NCBI GenBank assembly: GCA_902799955.1
Contig: CADCCQ010000009.1
Coordinates: 3,066 to 67,065 of the forward strand
Reading direction: 5' to 3'
Origin: an uncultured bacterium
Lineage (GTDB): Bacteria; Verrucomicrobiota; Kiritimatiellia; RFP12; UBA1067
DNA length: 64,000 bases
In this document: positions 39,521 through 45,711 of the stretch, piece after piece
How the letters are laid out: every line of letters begins with the position of its first letter
How positions within the stretch are numbered: the stretch's first letter is position 1
The notes under the pieces: model-generated
Told to the model about the DNA's origin: nothing
Databases searched by the model: none
Seen by the model: only the letters and a program-made list of their open reading frames with translations
Position numbers and translations under genes: made by a program

Positions 39521-41086
39521 ATGAAGTATTTGGTGATGTTTCTGTCCTGGGCGTTTGGCGTACTGACGGTTCTTTTCCTTGTGTTCATGTCAATGACGCT
39601 TCTGGACGTAGGATCGGCAGACATACCGATAGTATTGGAGAATACAGATGAATACGCCCGTGTCAAATGGGAATTGGAGGGACGTGATTTTGGGCAACCA
39701 ATCATGCTGGTCGTTAGTTATTTTCTGTTCGCCGTTACACATTCGCTTCATCATAGGCTACGAAAAAAGAAATGCGACACGCTCAACGTCGATGCCATAG
39801 AAGGGCCCTTCGTGCTTTATCTGCGCTCCTTTATCGCGGACAGGATAACATCCAGACGGATTTCTCTGTTTGCAGACATCCGTTCGGAGGAAGAGACTCT
39901 AGTTGATGTTCTTTCTGAAATTGCCCCGGTCTATGCAATCGGGGACCCCAAGGACAAGAAAATGCCCGTGGGAGCTTCGCGGATATATGTGGACGACGGG
40001 CACTGGAAGACCACTGTGGAGAAGTTGTCCCAAAAAGCCGTCGTTGTTGTTTTACGACTTGGGGAAACCGACAGTTTCTGGTGGGAAGTGGAAATGGCCG
40101 CACAGAAAGTCCCTCTTGAGAAACTGTTGTTTGTCGTGCCAGAATGCAAGACGTTCAGTAATGTCGCAACGCTATATAAGGTACTACTCGATAATAAAAT
40201 TGACATAAAATCGGCAGGAATCAGCATTGACAGGAAATCGAGGGGGTCAATTTCCAGTTTCATGTTCTTTGGTCGTGACGGAACTCCTGTCGCCAAATCG
40301 GTTAAAATTCCCAGATTTACGCAAATCGTTGTTTCATATGAAAACATACTGAGAAATGCGCTGGCCGAGTTCCGTGCCAAGTACGGATTGCATGCCAGAT
40401 GGGGTGCTGCCATAAGATGGGCGCAATTGCTCCAGATAGTTGTGGTTGGCAGTATGTTTCTTACATTTGTGTCCTTGGGCGTTAGAGATTTCACCAGATT
40501 GAACTGCCAAATGCCGTATGAACTGCTGGAGAAATGCGTTGAGTATCCAGAGTTTACGTCTAAATATTCCAATGATATAAATGGTTCATGCCTAATTTGT
40601 GCGATTGATGAATCTGTAAAAGGTTATTTATGGCTTGCCGACGAGAAGTATAAATTTATGTTATGCACTGAAGCAAAAGCTATTCGGGCAATGAGTCAAG
40701 GCGAACTTAGACAATTGTCAAAGGCACAAAAGAACTCTTTGCTAATGATTAAGAAATACGTTCCTGAATGCTATGATGAGTATGTCGGCATCCTAGCGGA
40801 GGCGGCGATTCTGTCAATTCAACGCCCTAAAGAGACAGAGGATCTAATAAAAGCATATAAGCGCAAGATTGATATGCTTCCGCAATGGATGATAGATTTT
40901 GAGATGAGTCTGCATGATGAATGTGACAACATGCTGATGCGGCTTTCCGACGAAGTTGTCAAACACATTGACGAAAGCAATATTGTCGAAACATTAAAGA
41001 TACTTCATAGTCAAACCATAAATGTTGGTAATACCTCAACTCAAGGGGAAAGTCAACCGTTGGATGAGGATTCGGCGGATATGTGA
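39521..41086 (+). CDS. Hypothetical three-TM membrane protein, possible divergent TIR-like/flavodoxin-fold cytoplasmic domain
   Basis: Two N-terminal TM helices, a basic stretch (HHRLRKKK) and a third TM helix around AIRWAQLLQIVVVGSMFLTFV. The intervening domain shows the strand-helix pattern FVLYLRSF ... PVYAIGDP ... AVVVVLRLGETDSFWWEVEMA. Confidence 0.45.
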   Translation: MKYLVMFLSWAFGVLTVLFLVFMSMTLLDVGSADIPIVLENTDEYARVKWELEGRDFGQPIMLVVSYFLFAVTHSLHHRLRKKKCDTLNVDAIEGPFVLYLRSFIADRITSRRISLFADIRSEEETLVDVLSEIAPVYAIGDPKDKKMPVGASRIYVDDGHWKTTVEKLSQKAVVVVLRLGETDSFWWEVEMAAQKVPLEKLLFVVPECKTFSNVATLYKVLLDNKIDIKSAGISIDRKSRGSISSFMFFGRDGTPVAKSVKIPRFTQIVVSYENILRNALAEFRAKYGLHARWGAAIRWAQLLQIVVVGSMFLTFVSLGVRDFTRLNCQMPYELLEKCVEYPEFTSKYSNDINGSCLICAIDESVKGYLWLADEKYKFMLCTEAKAIRAMSQGELRQLSKAQKNSLLMIKKYVPECYDEYVGILAEAAILSIQRPKETEDLIKAYKRKIDMLPQWMIDFEMSLHDECDNMLMRLSDEVVKHIDESNIVETLKILHSQTINVGNTSTQGESQPLDEDSADM

Positions 41087-41096
41087 CAATCTTGAA

Positions 41097-41234
41097 ATGA
41101 AAAGGGAACCAGGGATGGAGAGATCAATCATCAAGACTCATGTATTCGTCAGCTACGCTCGTAGTGATGTGACGGAAGTGGCTAACCTGCTTCAGCGGAG
41201 ACTTTGGGCGATATTTCCACGGGGAAGGGGTTGA
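41097..41234 (+). pseudogene. 45-codon fragment resembling the N-terminus of a TIR-domain gene
   Basis: Hand translation gives MKREPGMERSIIKTHVFVSYARSDVTEVANLLQRRLWAIFPRGRG*. A TIR betaA-type motif (VFVSYARSD) is present, but the ORF stops after 45 codons. Confidence 0.4.
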
Positions 41235-41238
41235 ATAA

Positions 41239-41376
41239 ATGACACCTAAACGAATCATCCTTGTGCGGCATGTGCGGTCGGCGGCGAATGACGATCCGAC
41301 CGTGTACAGCCGAGTGCCCGACTACAAGATTGAGTCTGTGGATGAGGGGCGCGAACAGTCTGGAGATCTTGCATGA
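41239..41376 (+). pseudogene. 45-codon fragment resembling the N-terminus of a histidine-phosphatase-superfamily gene (copy 1)
   Basis: Hand translation gives MTPKRIILVRHVRSAANDDPTVYSRVPDYKIESVDEGREQSGDLA*. The family RHG motif is degraded to RHV. A paralogous copy lies at 42989..43126. Confidence 0.4.
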
Positions 41377-41510
41377 ATGTTGTCGACAGAATGGCGCGGT
41401 TGGCGATGATCGCGCATAACGGCGTTAACCGAAAGGGACCAGGCAATAAGCCGTATATTGTTCATCCTCATGCCGTTGTGGTGATGTTGAAGGATATGCC
41501 GGTGCGATAA
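41373..41510 (+). pseudogene. 45-codon fragment resembling the N-terminus of an HD-domain (RelA/SpoT-type (p)ppGpp hydrolase-like) gene
   Basis: Hand translation gives MNVVDRMARLAMIAHNGVNRKGPGNKPYIVHPHAVVVMLKDMPVR*. Compare the canonical AHxGQxRKxxGxPYIxHPLxVAxIL. The ORF stops before the HD dyad. Its ATGA overlaps the preceding fragment. Confidence 0.4.
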
Positions 41511-41571
41511 TGAAGTCATGGCGATTTGTCCAAGAAAACGTTTGTAAGTTCAAACAGGAAAAGAACAACTG

Positions 41572-41718
41572 ATGGAATATGGCATCTACATCTCATATCG
41601 CCGCGAGGGGACTCTATCGGTTTTGCAATTGCCTCTTAAGTTAGTGACGCCCTATGCGGAATATATTCGGCATGAGAGGTTCTGTTGCGAGAAGCGCGGA
41701 GTGTGTTCCGCATTTTAG
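41572..41718 (+). pseudogene. 48-codon fragment resembling the N-terminus of the TIR paralogs at 43895/45712
   Basis: Hand translation gives MEYGIYISYRREGTLSVLQLPLKLVTPYAEYIRHERFCCEKRGVCSAF*. IYISYRREG matches the IFISYRREGG of the downstream TIR genes. Confidence 0.35.
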
Positions 41719-41735
41719 TTGCCGCATTTTAGTTG
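41708..41735. repeat. Perfect 14-bp tandem duplication (ccgcattttagttg x2)
   Basis: Read directly from the sequence: 41708-41721 is identical to 41722-41735. It lies about 50 nt upstream of the ATPase start. Confidence 0.9.
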
Positions 41736-41786
41736 TGTTTTGGTACGAATTATGGTATACTTGTGTGCAAAATAGAGGATTTGAAC

Positions 41787-42992
41787 ATGATAGATCGTCC
41801 TTATGGACTTAAGTGGCTTTGGCAATGGAAAGACCAGGAGCCGATAAAAGTCGTCACCGGCATACGCCGGTGCGGCAAATCAACATTGCTTTCAATGTTT
41901 CAGGGGCAATTGCGCGAAGACGGCATCAACGCCGATCAGATTGTCGCCATCAACTTTGAGCATCCGGATTTCATGGAACTTGACAATTCTGTCGCCGTAT
42001 GGAAATACTTGAAACCGAAAATTGTTCAGGGACGAAATACATACGTCTTTCTTGATGAAATTCAACGTGTAAGGGACTTTGAAAAGGTGGTTGACGGACT
42101 TTTTGTGCTGCCTGACGTTGATGTGTACATAACGGGGTCCAATGCCTATCTTCTGTCTGGGGAATTGGCTACATATCTGTCCGGTCGCTATGTCGCGCTC
42201 CATTTGACGCCGCTGTCTTTCCGCGAGTACTATGATGGCGTTGCCTCGTCCGAGTCGCCGGAACGTGCATATCGCGACTATCTTGCATTCAGTTCGTTCC
42301 CCCACAATCGCGCATGGGACAAGGAGCCGGGGCTTGTCGACGATTACATGGAGGGCATCTTAAACACGGTTCTACGAAAGGACGTCATAAACAGAAATGC
42401 ATTTCGCAATCCTGTTGCGCTTGATGCCGTGGCACGATACGTCTTCGGCAACATCGGGAATCTCACGAGCATGCGGAATATCGCGACAGTCCTGAAGTCC
42501 GAAGGTGTTTCAATTGATGCTTCTTCAGTCGAGGACTATGTCTCCGCCCTATGTGGGGCGTATCTAGCCTACAAGGCAGTCCCTAAAGATCTGCGCGGCA
42601 GGGAATTGCTCAAATCGGGCGCAAAATACTATGTCGTGGACATGGGATTGCGTCGGTTTATTCTCGGAAGCCGTGCATTCGACATGGGGCGCGTACTTGA
42701 GAATGTCATATATCTTGAACTTGCCAGGCGTCATCAAGAAGTCTATGTCGGCAGGGTGGATGGACGCGAGGTCGATTTTGTCACGCGGGACGGAGGTGAT
42801 GTCAGATACTGGCAGGTGGCGGAGACATTACGTGGTGAAGGTGTCCGCGACAGGGAGTTCGCTCCGCTAAAGGCGATTGCCGACCATTGTCCCAAGACGA
42901 TTCTATCCCTTGATCTTGACCCCGTTGGCTACGACATCGGCATCAAGACTATGAATGCGCTTGATTTTCTGCTGGAGAAGGGAGAGGAATGA
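41787..42992 (+). CDS. AAA_14/DUF4143-family ATPase
   Basis: N-terminus MIDRPYGLKWLWQWKDQEPIKVVTGIRRCGKSTLL (Walker A) and Walker B-like VFLDEIQRV. An RBS (gagga) lies 9 nt upstream of 41787. The track ORF starts earlier, at 41733. Confidence 0.7.
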   Translation: MIDRPYGLKWLWQWKDQEPIKVVTGIRRCGKSTLLSMFQGQLREDGINADQIVAINFEHPDFMELDNSVAVWKYLKPKIVQGRNTYVFLDEIQRVRDFEKVVDGLFVLPDVDVYITGSNAYLLSGELATYLSGRYVALHLTPLSFREYYDGVASSESPERAYRDYLAFSSFPHNRAWDKEPGLVDDYMEGILNTVLRKDVINRNAFRNPVALDAVARYVFGNIGNLTSMRNIATVLKSEGVSIDASSVEDYVSALCGAYLAYKAVPKDLRGRELLKSGAKYYVVDMGLRRFILGSRAFDMGRVLENVIYLELARRHQEVYVGRVDGREVDFVTRDGGDVRYWQVAETLRGEGVRDREFAPLKAIADHCPKTILSLDLDPVGYDIGIKTMNALDFLLEKGEE

Positions 42993-43126
42993 CGCTGAAG
43001 CAAACAATTCTTGTACGGTATGGTCGGTTGGTGGCGAATGACGATCCGACCATGTATAGCCGTATCCCCGACTACAAGATCGAGCCTGTCAAACAGGGTT
43101 CGTGGCCTGGAGGGTATGAGACATGA
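42989..43126 (+). pseudogene. 45-codon histidine-phosphatase-like N-terminal fragment (copy 2)
   Basis: Hand translation gives MTLKQTILVRYGRLVANDDPTMYSRIPDYKIEPVKQGSWPGGYET*. It is the same length as the copy at 41239 and has the same ATGA junction to the next ORF (MNAVG vs MNVVD). RHG is degraded to RYG. Confidence 0.4.
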
Positions 43127-43869
43127 ATGCTGTCGGTGATAATGGCCGTATGAAATATGATGTCTTCATTTCGGCGAAAAGAGAGGATTACAATCTTGCC
43201 AAGGGCGTTTTCAGGTTTTTGGTGGACAATGGATTGTCTGTTTTCTTGGCAAATGCGGAATTGAGGAAGATTGGAATGTCTCAATATGCAGAAGCTATAG
43301 ACATGGCCTTGGATGCAGCAAAGCACATGATTGTCGTTGCGTCGTGCATAGACCACATTCGCTCGTCTTATGTGCATTATGAATGGTCGGTGTTCAGTAA
43401 TGACCTGAAGAGTGGGTATAGGTCAGGTAATTTGCTAACCATTCTGACCGATGAAGTGCATTTGAGGGAGTTGCCGCCCAGTTTGAGACATCAGCAATCA
43501 TATTGCATTGATACATATCAGCAAGAGATACTAGGATATTTGGGCAAGGGTGAAGATGAAGTCTTTCCGGTAAAACAAAGGCTGACAAGAAATGGAAACA
43601 AACAGGCGAGGCGTGCTATTAATTTAATGTTGATAGTGGGGGTGTTAATTGGTTTTTGTAGTGGAATTATAGTGGAGATTTGGCGATCGAGATTTCCATC
43701 TTCTCAGGTCACAAGTGTGCCTACTGATTTATTGAAAGCGAAAGAAGGGGAAACCAGGCGTATGGAAGCGATTTATGAAAGGGCGCAGAAGCAAAATGTG
43801 GAAAACAAACTTGACAAGGCATTGCAACCACTAGTGCCCGTTGTTGATCGACATGAAATGACAGAGTGA
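43123..43869 (+). CDS. TIR-domain protein with one C-terminal-proximal TM helix
   Basis: TIR motifs: KYDVFISAKREDYNLAKGVFRFL ... MIVVAS ... SSYVHYEWSVFSN (conserved Glu). The TM helix is AINLMLIVGVLIGFCSGIIVEIW, preceded by basic residues. Confidence 0.7.
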   Translation: MNAVGDNGRMKYDVFISAKREDYNLAKGVFRFLVDNGLSVFLANAELRKIGMSQYAEAIDMALDAAKHMIVVASCIDHIRSSYVHYEWSVFSNDLKSGYRSGNLLTILTDEVHLRELPPSLRHQQSYCIDTYQQEILGYLGKGEDEVFPVKQRLTRNGNKQARRAINLMLIVGVLIGFCSGIIVEIWRSRFPSSQVTSVPTDLLKAKEGETRRMEAIYERAQKQNVENKLDKALQPLVPVVDRHEMTE

Positions 43870-43894
43870 AAAATGCCAATGTGGAAAGGGAAAT

Positions 43895-44281
43895 ATGAAT
43901 AAGTCACAGCAATACGACATCTTCATTTCATACCGTCGCGAGGGCGGGTATGACACGGCGCAACTGCTGTATGACAGGCTGACGCAGATGCGCTATCGCG
44001 TATCGTTCGACCTGGAGACATTGCGAGGCGGAAAGTTCAACACGCAACTTTACAAGCGCATTGAGCAATGCTCGGACGTGCTTGTCGTCATGAGCAGGGA
44101 TTCTCTGAACCTTCGCGAGAACCCGGAGGACGACTGGTTCCGACTTGAGATTGCCCATGCGCTGAAGCACAAGAAGAACATCGTCCCAGTGTTCCTAAGG
44201 GACTTCAAGTTCCCGCAGAAAGGGGAGCTGCCCGAAGACATAGCCGACCTGGTGAACTATAGCATTTCGACAGTGTACTGA
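43895..44281 (+). CDS. TIR-domain ORF (128 aa); 5' part of a TIR-TM-PDZ-like gene split by a 35-nt insertion
   Basis: YDIFISYRREGGYDTAQLLYDRL ... DDWFRLEIAHAL. It is nearly identical in protein sequence to residues 8-127 of the 45712 paralog and then diverges into SISTVY*. Confidence 0.7.
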   Translation: MNKSQQYDIFISYRREGGYDTAQLLYDRLTQMRYRVSFDLETLRGGKFNTQLYKRIEQCSDVLVVMSRDSLNLRENPEDDWFRLEIAHALKHKKNIVPVFLRDFKFPQKGELPEDIADLVNYSISTVY

Positions 44282-44331
44282 AGCGAATATGCAGGAACTT
44301 CAAGGCGAAGCCCCATCGGCACAAATGGCCG

Positions 44332-45678
44332 GTGGTCGCCGCCATTGCCGCTGCCCTTCTTGTCGGCGCGGGGATTGGAGTCTGGCTGAAGGCAGACAAG
44401 ATTTTCCCCTATCCTTTTACCAGAGAGGCAAGACAGGAGGTTGATGCATACTATGGAACTGTGTTGCGGATTGGGGCCGCCTATAATGAATTTCTGTCCG
44501 CAAAGATGGAACTTCTTGACAAGGTCAGTTTGAGTATAGAATCTGAAGACAAGGCGCCATATCAAGCCGCCGTACCAGAGTTCTTGCATCGACGCGGAAT
44601 GGCGAGAAAAAATCTCGACGCCGCTGCTGAGGCGTTGGAAAGAGTTGTCAAGGAGAACCCCGGATTGCGTGTGGATCGCGCATACATACCGAATTTCCTA
44701 GAGGGGGTACGACAGGAATTCGGCGATGCGGATGAGTGGGCTGCTCTTTTCAGCCTCCCGTGTGATCCTGATTACGTATGCTCAAAGGCAAACAGGATTA
44801 GGATTGTCATGCTCAATCGCAAGGAGATTGAGATATATGCCGACGTGTTTGCCTATGGCGTCATGTTCCTTTTCGACATGATTTCGCCGGAAGCGCTCGC
44901 TGACTTTAGGGAAGTCGCGGCAAAACAGTGGACGATGTTGAAGCGGTTCAGAGGCGAATGGCTGTCAGATCAAAAGCAGATTGAACAGAATGGCGAGGCT
45001 TCGCTGAACCAGCTTCAAGAAGTGGTCGAGGAGCTTGCGCAGATAATAGGAAATACGGCACAGGCCCTGGAGCAGGCTAAGCGCAACACCAAGCAAATGA
45101 GAATAGACGCGGGAATGTCGCCGGAACAAGCCGAGAGAATCGGCAAGAAGGAGGAGGAGCTTGAGAATTTGAAGGCGCAGAGGAAAGAGACGCAAAAAGC
45201 GATAGCGGATACGCGAGAGCGGATTCGCAAGAAGTTTGCGCCGAAGGATGATGACGACATTGGAATACTTTGGGGCAAAGCGTTGCGGTTCATGTCGGTT
45301 AATATGCCTGAAGACGCCAAGTTATGCATTGATGCGTTACGTCGGCGCAACACTTCGGAGTTTCCGCCCGTGGCGCTTGACACGGCGGAGGCGATATTCT
45401 TGTCTAAGGAACCGTTGCCTTTTGTGGACGGCGTCCTGGTTTGCGCATACGAACCGCCGGCGACGTCTCATGCCATATTCAAAGTCGGAGACGTCATCAC
45501 GAAAGTGAACGAGAAGCCATGTCGGCGTTATGAAGACTATCGTAACAAGGCCGGCAACACCTACACGATATACCGTAGGAACGCGAAGGGCCAGTTTGAC
45601 AAGCTGACGGCAACCATGCCTGAAGGCCAGCCGCGTGTGGCTCTGGTGGATTTGACGGAGAAGGGCTCTGGCAAGTAA
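44332..45678 (+). CDS. TM-coiled-coil-PDZ-like ORF; 3' part of the split TIR paralog (GTG start in the track)
   Basis: It is colinear with residues ~141-626 of the 45712 paralog. The TM helix is VVAAIAAALLVGAGIGVWL. The C-terminus GVLVCAYEPPATSHAIFKVGDVITKVNEKPC...YTIYRRNAKGQFDKLT is PDZ-like. Confidence 0.6.
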   Translation: MVAAIAAALLVGAGIGVWLKADKIFPYPFTREARQEVDAYYGTVLRIGAAYNEFLSAKMELLDKVSLSIESEDKAPYQAAVPEFLHRRGMARKNLDAAAEALERVVKENPGLRVDRAYIPNFLEGVRQEFGDADEWAALFSLPCDPDYVCSKANRIRIVMLNRKEIEIYADVFAYGVMFLFDMISPEALADFREVAAKQWTMLKRFRGEWLSDQKQIEQNGEASLNQLQEVVEELAQIIGNTAQALEQAKRNTKQMRIDAGMSPEQAERIGKKEEELENLKAQRKETQKAIADTRERIRKKFAPKDDDDIGILWGKALRFMSVNMPEDAKLCIDALRRRNTSEFPPVALDTAEAIFLSKEPLPFVDGVLVCAYEPPATSHAIFKVGDVITKVNEKPCRRYEDYRNKAGNTYTIYRRNAKGQFDKLTATMPEGQPRVALVDLTEKGSGK

Positions 45679-45711
45679 ACAGACGGAATAAAGACATTGG
45701 AGGGTGAACAC

